Source: an uncultured Chloroflexia bacterium
GTDB lineage: Bacteria > Chloroflexota > Ktedonobacteria > Ktedonobacterales > JADMIN01
NCBI GenBank assembly: GCA_963718915.1
Contig: CAVRAI010000015.1
Location: 780,001 to 812,000 of the forward strand
Length of the DNA stretch: 32,000 bases
Direction: 5' to 3'
In this document: piece after piece, positions 19,674 through 29,084 of the stretch
Numbering within the stretch: position 1 is the stretch's first letter
Layout: each line of letters begins with the position of its first letter
Made by a program: the position numbers and the translations under genes
The notes under the pieces: model-generated
Databases searched by the model: none
Told to the model about the DNA's origin: nothing
The model's input: only the letters and a program-made list of their open reading frames with translations

Positions 19674-22238
19674 TTACTTCTCCGGCTGCATAATGAGCAG
19701 CGCCTGGTTATCTTTCGCGATGGCCGACGCTGTGAACAGCATCTTCTGATAGCGCCCCTGATCCCACAGCGGCACCAGATCACTATAGTGGGCGGAGAAT
19801 GGTTGGCCCGACTCGCCGGTCGTCGTCACCCAGACCGAATTGTCGAAGTTCGAGAGATCGATAATCTGGCGCATCGAGGGAACCGTGCGCTGGTCAAAGT
19901 TCGCCGGGTCATCGCTGAAGCCGCCGCTACCACCGACGTTGATGGTCGTGCTGTCGCCGGGACGAGCAACGGGCGCTACGTCGAAGATCAGGTTGAGCGG
20001 ACTGACTGTCGCCAGCGGATGCTCGAAATGGGCGGTATGCAGCGTGCCCCACTGCCACTTGCTGGTGTCGTCGCCGAACTGCGCGCGGAGCGAATGCACC
20101 GTGTCTGCCAGCGCCTTGCCAATAGCGGCATCGCGCGCCTGGCTGCTGGCGAAGAGCGGCGCCGGATTGTTCAGGCTGTTCACCAGCGTCGTAAAGAGAC
20201 AGCTTGGCGTGGCATTGCTCTGGAAGATACCGTAGAGGTCTTTGCCCAGCATCGGCTCGACGGTCTCGCGCAGCAACGTGCCCGCCGCCGCCTCATAGAC
20301 TGCCGCCGCGGTGCTGTCGCGGGTCATCGTGTAGTCCCAGTTTTGCAGCAGACCCGCCGCCTTCGCCGCGTCGCCTCCCGCCGCCTGTCCCGCCTGGATG
20401 AACGCGGGTACAAGCTGGCTGGCGGGGATGGAGTAGACATCGGTCTGAATCTGCTCGATGTCGCTTACACTGAGTTTGGCCTTGCTTGTGAGCAGGTCGT
20501 CGATGCGCCGCGCGCGATAGCCGCAGTCCCAGTCGTTGGTGACGTAGACCGGATAATCGCTCGGCACGATGCGGTTGTTGGCGGTCGCGATCAGGTGTGT
20601 ATCGGGATTGTAGAGCGTCGGCATCTCGTTCTGCGGGACGACACCCTGCCACTCATGATCCGAGGTGCTGCCTGAGACAGGCAGCAGCCCATTGGCCGCC
20701 GGGCGGATTGGCAGCACACCCGACATGCGATAGCCGATGTTGCCGTAGATATCGGCGTAGACGAAGTTCTGGCTGATCGAGATATTCGCTATCGCGTCGA
20801 GGAACTCATACCAGTTGCGCGCGAAGTTGAGCTGGAAGAATCCCCGGAAGCTGTAGGTTGGCTGGAGCGCCGTCCACTTTAGCGAGACTGGCGGATACTT
20901 CTTCAGATCGTCAAGTCCACTGTTGATGATTGGCCCGTCGATGGTGCTGCTGATGGTGATGGTCTTGCTGCCACCTCCGCGAATGTGGATGACCTGCTGG
21001 CGCACCTGCAATGGCTCCCAGGCGCGGTCGTAGAGATACTGGCCGGGGTGGTTGGTCGGGTCGAGGTTTTCGAGATAGAGATCGGTGTTGTCGGCGTCCA
21101 CGTTGGTTACGCCCCAGGCGATATAGTCGTTGTGGCCAACGACGATGCCCGGCTCACCGGGGAAGGTGAAGCCGATCTCGTCCAGCCCGCCACCACGTAG
21201 CGCAACCTCGTACCAGACGGATGGCATACGAATGCCCAGGTGGGGGTCGTTCGCCAGCAGTGGCTTGCCAGTGGTGGTATGGGTGCCGTCCACCACCCAG
21301 TCGTTGCTGCCAAGCGCGTCGCGAACATCGCCGAGAATCTGGCGCAGGAATGCGGTCCCTTCGAGCAGATTGGGCGAGAGCGCCACGGTCTCTTCGACCG
21401 CGTCAGGCGAGCTTGCCTTGCTGCTCGCGCCGGACTCCTGTGGCGGCGCGGCGGTTCCTGGGCTGGCGAATAGCGTCGGGTTGGTGGACGGATATTGTGG
21501 GAAGAGCGCCGACGCGATGAGCGGGCCGACCTTGTTGGTGACCATCGCGCGCGAATACTTGGTGCCCCAGGTGCTATCGAGCGAGAGCGCCACCACGCGC
21601 CCATAGGCCAGACTATCCAGCGGGGTCCACTTCTGCGGCGTGATGCCAAGGATGGTGAACTCCAGCGGCAGACTATTCTGGTGGCTATCCAGGAACGCAT
21701 TGACGCCATCCGAGTATGCGGTAAGCATCTCCAGCGTGCGCGCGTCGAGATTCGCCTCCTCGAAGCGAGCGGCGCCATACAGGTCAAGCGTGCGCAGCAG
21801 GATATCGGTATCGAGGATGCTGTCATCCTCGCCCGCGCCGAACATCTCGGCCAGTCGTCCCTGCGCGACCCGACGGTTGAACTCCATCTGGAAGAGCCGG
21901 TCCTGCGCTGTGACGTAGCCTTCGGCAAAGGCGACATCATGCACATCGTCGCCAGTGATATGTGGAACCCCCCACGAATCGCGAAGCACCGAGACCGTAC
22001 TGTCCAGCCCTTTGACCTGCAGAGTTCCGGTCGTCTGCGGCAGCGTCCGCTGGACGAACCAGACTGACGTGGTTCCGGCGAGCGCGGCTAATATCACTAC
22101 GGCGATGGCGATGCCGAGCAGCACGCGAAACACGATACGGCCAACCCTGCGTCGGCGAACAGGAGCGCCGTGGGTCACGGGGGCGGGGGTCGCTGGCGCT
22201 ACGGGAACGGGCTGGCCGGTGGGGAGAATTGAACTCAT
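19674..22238 (-). CDS. Penicillin acylase / acyl-homoserine-lactone acylase family Ntn hydrolase (peptidase S45)
   Basis: ...WGVPHITGDDVHDVAFAEGYVTAQDRLFQMEF... and ...LGSNDWVVDGTHTTTGKPLLANDPHL (the SN.W nucleophile site of the beta chain). There is an N-terminal TM or signal segment. The start is taken at ATG 22238; the TTG at 22289 is possible. Confidence 0.9.
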   Translation of the reverse strand: MSSILPTGQPVPVAPATPAPVTHGAPVRRRRVGRIVFRVLLGIAIAVVILAALAGTTSVWFVQRTLPQTTGTLQVKGLDSTVSVLRDSWGVPHITGDDVHDVAFAEGYVTAQDRLFQMEFNRRVAQGRLAEMFGAGEDDSILDTDILLRTLDLYGAARFEEANLDARTLEMLTAYSDGVNAFLDSHQNSLPLEFTILGITPQKWTPLDSLAYGRVVALSLDSTWGTKYSRAMVTNKVGPLIASALFPQYPSTNPTLFASPGTAAPPQESGASSKASSPDAVEETVALSPNLLEGTAFLRQILGDVRDALGSNDWVVDGTHTTTGKPLLANDPHLGIRMPSVWYEVALRGGGLDEIGFTFPGEPGIVVGHNDYIAWGVTNVDADNTDLYLENLDPTNHPGQYLYDRAWEPLQVRQQVIHIRGGGSKTITISSTIDGPIINSGLDDLKKYPPVSLKWTALQPTYSFRGFFQLNFARNWYEFLDAIANISISQNFVYADIYGNIGYRMSGVLPIRPAANGLLPVSGSTSDHEWQGVVPQNEMPTLYNPDTHLIATANNRIVPSDYPVYVTNDWDCGYRARRIDDLLTSKAKLSVSDIEQIQTDVYSIPASQLVPAFIQAGQAAGGDAAKAAGLLQNWDYTMTRDSTAAAVYEAAAGTLLRETVEPMLGKDLYGIFQSNATPSCLFTTLVNSLNNPAPLFASSQARDAAIGKALADTVHSLRAQFGDDTSKWQWGTLHTAHFEHPLATVSPLNLIFDVAPVARPGDSTTINVGGSGGFSDDPANFDQRTVPSMRQIIDLSNFDNSVWVTTTGESGQPFSAHYSDLVPLWDQGRYQKMLFTASAIAKDNQALLIMQPEK

Positions 22239-22367
22239 GGCAGATATCACTTCACTATCGTTGGCATGCGCGAACCGTGTACCCTCCAAATGAAGGCATG
22301 TGTCGCCAGTCTAGCAGGGGAAGGTATCACCCGGCAAGTGGGGAGATATTTCCATTGGCGGAATAAG

Positions 22368-22403
22368 GTCGTATAGTATATATTCGATATATCGAGATAC
22401 GAC
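22368..22403. promoter_or_regulatory. AT-rich palindromes in a divergent intergenic region (candidate operator or promoter)
   Basis: The perfect 12-bp palindrome TCGATATATCGA (22384-22395) is nested between inverted 7-mers GTCGTAT (22368-22374) and ATACGAC (22397-22403). It lies between the acylase gene (minus strand) and the 22532 gene (plus strand). Confidence 0.3.
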
Positions 22404-22531
22404 AAAAGTCATAGACGAGACATTCCTTTCGTCACATCACTTTGTCGCCCGCTGGACGTATACTATGAAGCGAGAACGGATTTGTAGCCCCGTCGCCAGG
22501 CTATCGGCGCTCGGCCCGAGGAGCAGAGGAT

Positions 22532-23149
22532 ATGGCAAACACACCGGAAAAGTCACAAATGAGCGATGACGAACGCGCTGAACTGCGGGCGATGATCGCC
22601 GCGGGGCGCGATCTCTCGCCTGAAATGGACGAGTCGCTGGTCGACTCATATGCGGAAAGGCGCGCGTCGGAACAACGAGCCAAGGCGAAGGTGCAGGGTA
22701 ATGGCAACGCCGTGGTTCCGCAACAGCAATCTGGCGGGGTGATGGCCGGGACGCATCCAGCGGTGGCTATCACAGGCATCCTGGCGACAGCCGCTATCTT
22801 TGTGGCGATCATGGTATTCACAGGTGGTCAGGGCTGGTGGCTGATCTTCCCACTGTTCGGCATCTTCGGCGGCTGGTGGGGCAATAATGACCGCCATCGC
22901 GCCCGGAATGAGCGGCGCGCGCAACGCTATCAGATGCGCGCGGACTACTATCGGACGCGCATGGGTTATCCACCCGAGCAGGATGGCCGTCGTCTGCCTG
23001 AGGCGACCACGAGCGACTCGGGGCCACTGCCGCCGCCCGCCAGTGCGCAGACACAGACACCTCCGCCAGCGCGGAGTGTCCCGCCTGCCAGTACGCCTCC
23101 ATCGACGAGTGCATCAGGTGAGCAGCCTCCGGCCAATCCCGCTGGCTAG
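22532..23149 (+). CDS. Hypothetical membrane protein with Pro/Ser/Thr-rich C-terminal tail
   Basis: 205 aa. It has a charged N-terminal region (SDDERAELRAMIAAGRDLSPEMDE). Two TM segments follow: AVAITGILATAAIFVAIMVF and WWLIFPLFGIFGGWW. Then come a basic stretch and a PPPASAQTQTPPPARSVPPASTPPSTS tail. The RBS AGAGGA lies upstream. Confidence 0.7.
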   Translation: MANTPEKSQMSDDERAELRAMIAAGRDLSPEMDESLVDSYAERRASEQRAKAKVQGNGNAVVPQQQSGGVMAGTHPAVAITGILATAAIFVAIMVFTGGQGWWLIFPLFGIFGGWWGNNDRHRARNERRAQRYQMRADYYRTRMGYPPEQDGRRLPEATTSDSGPLPPPASAQTQTPPPARSVPPASTPPSTSASGEQPPANPAG

Positions 23150-23169
23150 ATATAGACAACTGATTATTT

Positions 23170-23204
23170 AGAAGCCTCTCCCTACTGTGGAGAGGCTTCT
23201 TTTC
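23170..23204 (+). terminator. Rho-independent terminator
   Basis: The stem gaagcctctc (23171-23180) pairs with gagaggcttc (23190-23199) across a 9-nt loop, followed by TTTTC. It begins 21 nt after the stop codon at 23147-23149. Confidence 0.75.
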
Positions 23205-23284
23205 AGCGCTTTTAGGAATATAGACAGTTTTCACAGAAATCATCTGCATCTCAACACCATGTGACCGGTGTCGCAATCCATTTT

Positions 23285-23334
23285 GAGGCTACTTCCTGGA
23301 AGTAGCCTCTGCCGTCTTCTTCACGTGACGTGAA
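23285..23334. promoter_or_regulatory. Two adjacent palindromes (candidate hairpin or operator)
   Basis: GAGGCTACTTCC-T-GGAAGTAGCCTC (23285-23309) has 12-bp perfect arms. TTCACGT-G-ACGTGAA (23320-23334) follows. Both are in the non-coding stretch upstream of the 23416 small ORF. Confidence 0.3.
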
Positions 23335-23415
23335 TTCGGGATAAGCGAGTCACCTTCAACTGGGTTATGATGCGGTCTATCACGACTCGTCAGCTCCCAT
23401 TGAGGAGGTATCAGC

Positions 23416-23583
23416 ATGAGTACACTCAACTGGTGGCGCTGCTCGGTGGATGTGTTTTGGCGTGTGTTCGAGCCGACGTGGGGGCGGGAACACTTGGCTG
23501 CCGCGAAGAGCATACTTCCCGATCGTTGCATGCGTGCGCTCTTGGCAGGCAGTGTACTATGGAAGTGCAGACGCCAGAGTTGA
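23416..23583 (+). CDS. Small hypothetical ORF (55 aa), below the ORF-track cutoff
   Basis: ATG 23416 is preceded by a consensus SD, GAGGAGG (23402-23408), at 7-nt spacing. Translation: MSTLNWWRCSVDVFWRVFEPTWGREHLAAAKSILPDRCMRALLAGSVLWKCRRQS*. It ends 23 nt before the next gene. No family is recognised. Confidence 0.35.
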   Translation: MSTLNWWRCSVDVFWRVFEPTWGREHLAAAKSILPDRCMRALLAGSVLWKCRRQS

Positions 23584-23606
23584 GAGCGCGAGCAGGAGGG
23601 TGACTG

Positions 23607-24932
23607 ATGAGGCGGCGCAACATGCCGACCGGCGATCTCGATGGCAACTTCCACGAGTATACTGGGCAACCGAGCGCATCGACCGATCGCCGTCCTGCCG
23701 CTGTAGGTGTCCTGGCTGTGCTGCTGGTGGTGGCGCTGGGCGTCGTGATCTTCATCTCGATGGGCACGCACCGACCTGTGGGGGGAGCGCCTGGGACTTC
23801 AGCGACGGATACGCCCAAGGCGACTCTTGCGCCGACCATTGGAGTGTCGCCGTTGCGAGCGCCCAGGCGCGGAGCAGGGCTGCCCCATGGGATAGAGGTG
23901 ATCACCTTCGAGCTGACGGGAACCGCTGAGGGGTGGGGTACCGGCGGGGTTAATATAAACCCACTGTATGGCATGCCGGATCGTGGCATGGTGCTGCATT
24001 ATTCCGCAGGCTCCTGGACACAGGTTGGCGCCACGCTGCCCGGCTCGTTCCTCAGCGGAATCTACATGGTCTCGTCCTCGGAAGGATGGGTGATGGGACA
24101 GGACAGCAACGGTAAGAGTCTGTTTCTTCATATCAGCAACGGCGGCTGGCAGCAGGCGTCACCGCCCGCAGTTGATCCGCGGGGGTCGCCCGGCGTCATG
24201 GCGATGCGGACACCAGACGAGGGCTGGATGGCGATGTTGAATCCGAAAGGCGAGCAAGGCGGGGCGAACACGTCACTGCTCCACTACACCGCTGGCGCCT
24301 GGTCGCTGGTAAACAATCCCCTGCATTTCATCACCGACATTGCACCGGTTGCCGATGGCGAGGCGTGGGTCGTCGGCTGGAACTCGGACGGCTCCAGTTC
24401 GCTCGTGCATGTTCAAAGTGGGACGGCGGCGGTGGTACTGACGGGTCCGCGCAATAGTACCTTCACCCGCCTGCGCATGTTCGCGCCGAACGATATCTGG
24501 ATCGAGGGCGCTTTGCACGCCCCAACGAACGTCGCAATCGCCGACAGTTCGCTGGTCTATCACTTCGATGGCGCCACCTGGTCAACTGTGAACCTGCATG
24601 TGCCCAACGGTGTGCAGGATATCGGCATCGTGGCGAGCAATACCGCCTGGAGCTTCGCTAGCGTCGAGGTGACAACGCCAATCCCCACTGGTGAGGGGCA
24701 TATTGCGTCTATCTACTCCAACGCAGACGGTCAGTGGACGGCGCTGAGCATACCCTATAAGGATCTGCAATCCATCGGCATCGTCTCAGATTCCAGCACG
24801 GACATCTGGGCTGTTGGCGTCTATATGGTCACGACACATACGATCGATGGCACTACTTCGAGTGATGCGAGCGTCAGCCACTACGTGCTGTTGCACTACA
24901 CTGGCGGCCTCTGGACCGAGTACGGGCGCTGA
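23607..24932 (+). CDS. Membrane-anchored repeat protein, probable beta-propeller (Ycf48/BNR-like)
   Basis: 441 aa with the RBS AGGAGGG. The TM anchor is AAVGVLAVLLVVALGVVIFI. Six degenerate blade-like repeats are present: LHYSAGSWTQV, LHISNGGWQQA, LLHYTAGAWSLV, LVHVQSGTAAVV, VYHFDGATWSTV, LLHYTGGLWTEY. Confidence 0.75.
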   Translation: MRRRNMPTGDLDGNFHEYTGQPSASTDRRPAAVGVLAVLLVVALGVVIFISMGTHRPVGGAPGTSATDTPKATLAPTIGVSPLRAPRRGAGLPHGIEVITFELTGTAEGWGTGGVNINPLYGMPDRGMVLHYSAGSWTQVGATLPGSFLSGIYMVSSSEGWVMGQDSNGKSLFLHISNGGWQQASPPAVDPRGSPGVMAMRTPDEGWMAMLNPKGEQGGANTSLLHYTAGAWSLVNNPLHFITDIAPVADGEAWVVGWNSDGSSSLVHVQSGTAAVVLTGPRNSTFTRLRMFAPNDIWIEGALHAPTNVAIADSSLVYHFDGATWSTVNLHVPNGVQDIGIVASNTAWSFASVEVTTPIPTGEGHIASIYSNADGQWTALSIPYKDLQSIGIVSDSSTDIWAVGVYMVTTHTIDGTTSSDASVSHYVLLHYTGGLWTEYGR

Positions 24933-25130
24933 GTTGCCCTGATGCCCTTACCAGTTTCGTCTCGGCCAAGGTAGTTTGGTATCTAGTTCCGCCCCATGAA
25001 CTCGGATTTTGAGCCCTTTTCCACCACACCCAATGCGAAACTGATATCATTCACATACCGCAAGACTCCATGAAACCGCAGGTTAGCGATCTGGAAGAGG
25101 CGCGCTTTTCACAAGGCAAGTGAGCGCATC

Positions 25131-25712
25131 ATGACGGGTAAGCCACTGCTCATCATCGTGAATGGGCTGCCCGGAACCGGCAAGACAACCCTTGCGCGGC
25201 GACTCGCCGCCGATGTAGGACTCCCGGCCTTCTCGCGCGATGGGCTGTATGAAACCCTCTACGATGCGCTGGACTGTGGCGCAGCTGGGCTGCCGTCCGA
25301 GATGGGCGCCGCGGCTTACGCTCTACTCTACGATGTGGCGAGGGCTGTGCTGGCGGCGGGCCAGCCAGTGATCGTTGAGGGCTTCTTTGGCCGCCCCGAC
25401 CTGCGGCGCGCCGAGTTTCAACATCTGCGACAAGACCATGACTTTGAGCCGCTTGAGATTCTCTGCAAGGCGGATGGGCAGGTATTGTTGCAGCGCTTCC
25501 TTGCCCGCATGGCCTCTGAAGAGCGCCACCGGGGCCATCTAGACCGGGAGTGGCTGGAACATAACGAAGCGCGACTCCTGGGCGGGCGGCTGGCTCCGCT
25601 TGCCATTGGTCGTCAGGTCATCGAAATCGAGACGACAACTCCGCGTAGTTTTGTGTATGCCGATGTTTTGCGGTATGTTCAGGCCGCCCTCAGGACCATA
25701 CCCATACGATGA
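25131..25712 (+). CDS. P-loop kinase-like ATP-binding protein (AAA_33-type)
   Basis: 193 aa. LLIIVNGLPGTGKTTLARRLA is a Walker A motif, followed by ...PVIVEGFF.... Confidence 0.75.
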   Translation: MTGKPLLIIVNGLPGTGKTTLARRLAADVGLPAFSRDGLYETLYDALDCGAAGLPSEMGAAAYALLYDVARAVLAAGQPVIVEGFFGRPDLRRAEFQHLRQDHDFEPLEILCKADGQVLLQRFLARMASEERHRGHLDREWLEHNEARLLGGRLAPLAIGRQVIEIETTTPRSFVYADVLRYVQAALRTIPIR

Positions 25713-25746
25713 TCTTCACAGGCGAACAGCACGACTATCCGCTACC

Positions 25747-26388
25747 TCAGGATGGGAGCGGCGTTGGCGCCGCTGTCGGCGAGGGTGATGAGGCGGGCTG
25801 TGGCGCACCTTTCACCAGCGCCTGCATGGCAGGATCGAAGGTGGCGGCGGTAATCTGGCCAGGGAACCGTTTCACGATGATGCCAGAGCGGTCGATCAAT
25901 ATCGTCTGGGGTATCCCGGTGACGCCAAAGTTGGTGACGATGTCGCCTTCAGGGTCGGGGCCGCATGGATAGCTGATGCCGTGCTGCTTGATAAACGCCT
26001 GTCCATCCTTCACTGGTGTCTGATAGGCGATACCGATGAAGACCACACCCTGCGCGGCATAGATTTTGGCAGCCGCCGAGAGCACGGGCGCCTCGGACTG
26101 GCACGGCTCGCACCACGACGCCCAGAAGTTCACCACAACTGGCTTGCCGTGGAGCGCCGCCAGATGAATACGCTGGCCCGCGGCGCCGTTCCAGATGCTG
26201 ACGGTGAAGTCGGGCGCGGCGTTGGCGTTGACTCCCCCTGGTGGTTTGCTCGTGACTAGACTGTTTGCCTGAATAATACGTATCACCAGCACGGTCACCA
26301 GAATTGCCGGAACCAGTGCGGTAATGACGAAGCTGCGAAAGCTGGGCTTGCCATTCGGTATCATCACCGCACGGATGTTCTGCAGCAT
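25747..26388 (-). CDS. TlpA/ResA-family thiol-disulfide oxidoreductase (thioredoxin fold), membrane-anchored
   Basis: 213 aa with a TM anchor (FVITALVPAILVTVLVI). The active site is VVNFWASWCEPCQSEAP, followed by ...GIPQTILIDRSG.... It is the last gene of the cox cluster. Confidence 0.85.
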   Translation of the reverse strand: MLQNIRAVMIPNGKPSFRSFVITALVPAILVTVLVIRIIQANSLVTSKPPGGVNANAAPDFTVSIWNGAAGQRIHLAALHGKPVVVNFWASWCEPCQSEAPVLSAAAKIYAAQGVVFIGIAYQTPVKDGQAFIKQHGISYPCGPDPEGDIVTNFGVTGIPQTILIDRSGIIVKRFPGQITAATFDPAMQALVKGAPQPASSPSPTAAPTPLPS

Positions 26389-26461
26389 GACTTATTCGCC
26401 TTGGTGAGATCGGCCAGCGCATGCTCTGTCGATGCCGTGGCATCTAGCTGCATTCACGCGA

Positions 26462-27352
26462 TCAATGCCAGAGATGATCAATGACCATCGCGGCAAAGAG
26501 CAGCGCCAGATAGTAGTTCGAGAACCAGAAAAACGCGCGCGCGTCGGCCAATGTGCGAGTACGCATCAGACGAATAGCATAGTAGAGCAGCGCCCCACTA
26601 GAAAGCAATGCCACCGCCAGATAGAACCACCCCAGCGTCCCGATGGCAAACAGCGTCAGCGAGCCAAGCAGCAGCGCCACCATGTAGATCACAATCTGCT
26701 TGCGGGTCTCGGCATCACCGCGCACCACCGGCAGCATAGGCACGCCTGCCCGCTCGTAGTCCTTGCGCAACACCAGCGAGAGCGCCCAAAAATGCGGCGG
26801 CGTCCACAAGAAGATGATCAAAAACATGCATAGAGCGGGCAGTCCCACACGCCCCGTGGAGGCAGCCCAGCCGACCAGCACCGGCACCGCGCCCGCTGCC
26901 CCCCCAATCACGATGTTCTGCGGCGTCGTCCGCTTGAGCCACATCGTGTAGACCCCCACATAAAAGGCAATCGCCGCGAACGCCAAGAGCGCCGCCACCA
27001 GATTGACCACCAGGCTCAGCAGCAGGAAGGAGGCGATCCCCAGACTGATCCCAAAGACGAGCGCCTGCTTCTCGCCCACCTTGTGGCTGGGCAGGGCGCG
27101 GCTGCGGGTGCGACTCATCACTTGATCGATGTCGCGATCCCAGTAGCAGTTGAGGGCGTTGGCGCTGCCTGCCGCCAGCGCGCCACCGAGCAGGGTCGCC
27201 AGCACTACGGGCAGGCTCGGCATCCCCGCCACCGCCATCGCCGCCAGCGTCGTGCCCAGCAGCAAGACCGTCACATGCGGCTTCATCAGCCCGATATACG
27301 CATTCACGCTGGCGCGCAGCGAAGATACTCGGGCACTCGTCACGTTCTGCAT
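26462..27352 (-). CDS. ctaB: Protoheme IX farnesyltransferase (heme O synthase)
   Basis: 296 aa, polytopic UbiA-family protein: ...NALNCYWDRDIDQVMSRTRSRALPSHKV... and ...GGAAGAVPVLVGWAA...FLWTPPHFWAL.... Confidence 0.9.
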   Translation of the reverse strand: MQNVTSARVSSLRASVNAYIGLMKPHVTVLLLGTTLAAMAVAGMPSLPVVLATLLGGALAAGSANALNCYWDRDIDQVMSRTRSRALPSHKVGEKQALVFGISLGIASFLLLSLVVNLVAALLAFAAIAFYVGVYTMWLKRTTPQNIVIGGAAGAVPVLVGWAASTGRVGLPALCMFLIIFLWTPPHFWALSLVLRKDYERAGVPMLPVVRGDAETRKQIVIYMVALLLGSLTLFAIGTLGWFYLAVALLSSGALLYYAIRLMRTRTLADARAFFWFSNYYLALLFAAMVIDHLWH

Positions 27353-27414
27353 ACTCGCAGACCTTTCACATCTATCGGTCGAGTTGGAGAAATCGGTCTA
27401 TTGCGTCTCGCCGG

Positions 27415-28281
27415 TCAGCCGCGCGCCTGACCCGGACGCACCGGCGCCTCATCGAGGCGTTCGGTCGCCTGGAGCCAGAGTCCAAGCATCACCATGACCA
27501 TGACCGTAATGACCAGCGTCCCTGAGACGCTCATGAGCGCGCCAGCCATGTGCTGGTCTTCCAATACAGTGATGCTGCCCGGCGCGCGCGGTATTGCGGC
27601 GTAGTAGGGATAGATTACGCCCGTCGAGAACATAAAGACGGTATCGAGGATATTGCTGGCCAGCCCTCCCAGCACCAGGTAGACTGCTCGTCGCGGGTAG
27701 CTCAGGCGCGGTCTGCCCGGGCGCCACGGCAGCGCCTGCGACCAGAAGAACAGCCCGGCCCAGAGGAAACACAGGTGCTGGAACGCATGAATGGTATCGT
27801 TTCCCAGCGCGGCATCGTAGAGCGCGGGCAGATGCCAGACATAGACAATGATGAGATAGATGCCCATGCAGGTCGCTGGCGCGCTGAAGAAGCGCCCTAT
27901 CACGTGTATCGTACGTCGGGTGCTCCGTTTGCGCATCAGCCATTGCAGCGATGCGCGACGCGCGGATAGCGGCACTGACCGCCAGATTGGGAGCGTGGGC
28001 ATGCCCAGCAGCAACAAGGGTGGCGCGGCCATGATCAGCAACTCATGCTGGATCATGTGCGCCCAGAGAAACTGCTCGGCGTAGTCGTCGAGCGCGGATT
28101 CGAGCGCGATGAAGAGGACGAGCAGGCCACCAAAGAAGGAAAGCACATGCCACCAGTGCAGTCGAGTCGTTTGGCCGTGCTGGCGCGAGTAGATCACTCC
28201 GCGTCCATAGAGCAGCGCCGCCACCACCAGCCCGGCGATAACGGTTGGCTCCAGAGTCCAGTCGGACAAGACACTCCACAT
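27415..28281 (-). CDS. ctaG: Cytochrome c oxidase assembly factor CtaG (Bacillus caa3_CtaG type)
   Basis: 288 aa, polytopic: MWSVLSDWTLEPTVIAGLVVAALLYGRG...HWWHVLSFFGGLLVLFIALESALDDYAEQFLWAHMIQHELLIMAAPPLLLLGMP. Confidence 0.8.
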   Translation of the reverse strand: MWSVLSDWTLEPTVIAGLVVAALLYGRGVIYSRQHGQTTRLHWWHVLSFFGGLLVLFIALESALDDYAEQFLWAHMIQHELLIMAAPPLLLLGMPTLPIWRSVPLSARRASLQWLMRKRSTRRTIHVIGRFFSAPATCMGIYLIIVYVWHLPALYDAALGNDTIHAFQHLCFLWAGLFFWSQALPWRPGRPRLSYPRRAVYLVLGGLASNILDTVFMFSTGVIYPYYAAIPRAPGSITVLEDQHMAGALMSVSGTLVITVMVMVMLGLWLQATERLDEAPVRPGQARG

Positions 28282-28370
28282 ACCGGTCCTCGTTCATGTA
28301 GCCCGCGAGCTGAACCTCGCCCTGCCCTGCTTAACCACCCTGCACAGAGCGAGGCTCACTCACAGGATAT

Positions 28371-28985
28371 TTATCCGTTCGGCGGTAGCACAATCATCAT
28401 CAGCGTAATCAGCACTGGAGTCAGCGCCATCCAGAGCCAGTAGTAGCCGATAGCGCTCAGGCCAGCCGTTCGCTCGCTGCTATAGCGTCCGCGGATCGCG
28501 CGATGAGTCACGCCAATGCCGAGGAAGATGCCAAGCAGCAGGTGATAGACATGATAGCCTGAGAGCAAGATGTAGTCACTGGCAAACGAGCCGTCGCCCG
28601 TCGTGAAGGGCAGATGTCCCATGAAGCGAATCTGCCCGCTGACCGCTGCGATAGCCAGCACCGTCGCGACGGCCATGCAAATCGTCAGCGTCGTCTTGCT
28701 GCCCGCGCGCAGGCCCATGAACCCAATGAAAAAGAAGATCGCACTGAGCACGCACAGGCCGGTCAGGATGTAGACGGTCTGCTCATCGGGCATCTTGGTT
28801 CCCTCAGGGAACCATCCCGGAGCGTGGTAGGCGCGCAGCCAGATGTAGGTCGCCAGCAGAAAGATGACGAACAAGACATCGGTGAGCACATAAAACAGCA
28901 TGCCTCGCCGCAACTTCAGGTCGTGATCGACACTGTCGTCGTGTGATGCGGCGTGTCCGGAGGCAGGAATCGAACTAGCCATCAA
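28371..28985 (-). CDS. ctaE: Cytochrome c oxidase subunit III
   Basis: 204 aa with 5 predicted TM segments. ...LLSGYHVYHLLLGIFLGIGV... and ...GYYWLWMALTPVLI... are heme-copper oxidase subunit III-type helices. Its position between ctaD and ctaG supports the call. Confidence 0.75.
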   Translation of the reverse strand: MMASSIPASGHAASHDDSVDHDLKLRRGMLFYVLTDVLFVIFLLATYIWLRAYHAPGWFPEGTKMPDEQTVYILTGLCVLSAIFFFIGFMGLRAGSKTTLTICMAVATVLAIAAVSGQIRFMGHLPFTTGDGSFASDYILLSGYHVYHLLLGIFLGIGVTHRAIRGRYSSERTAGLSAIGYYWLWMALTPVLITLMMIVLPPNG

Positions 28986-29084
28986 CGTCTCCCTGTGAGG
29001 TATTCTGCCAGCGCTCTCGCGTGTGGTGGAGGGCGCTGGCGGGTGGCGATATCGGTTTAAGCCAGGCGCGTCAGCGGCAGGATA

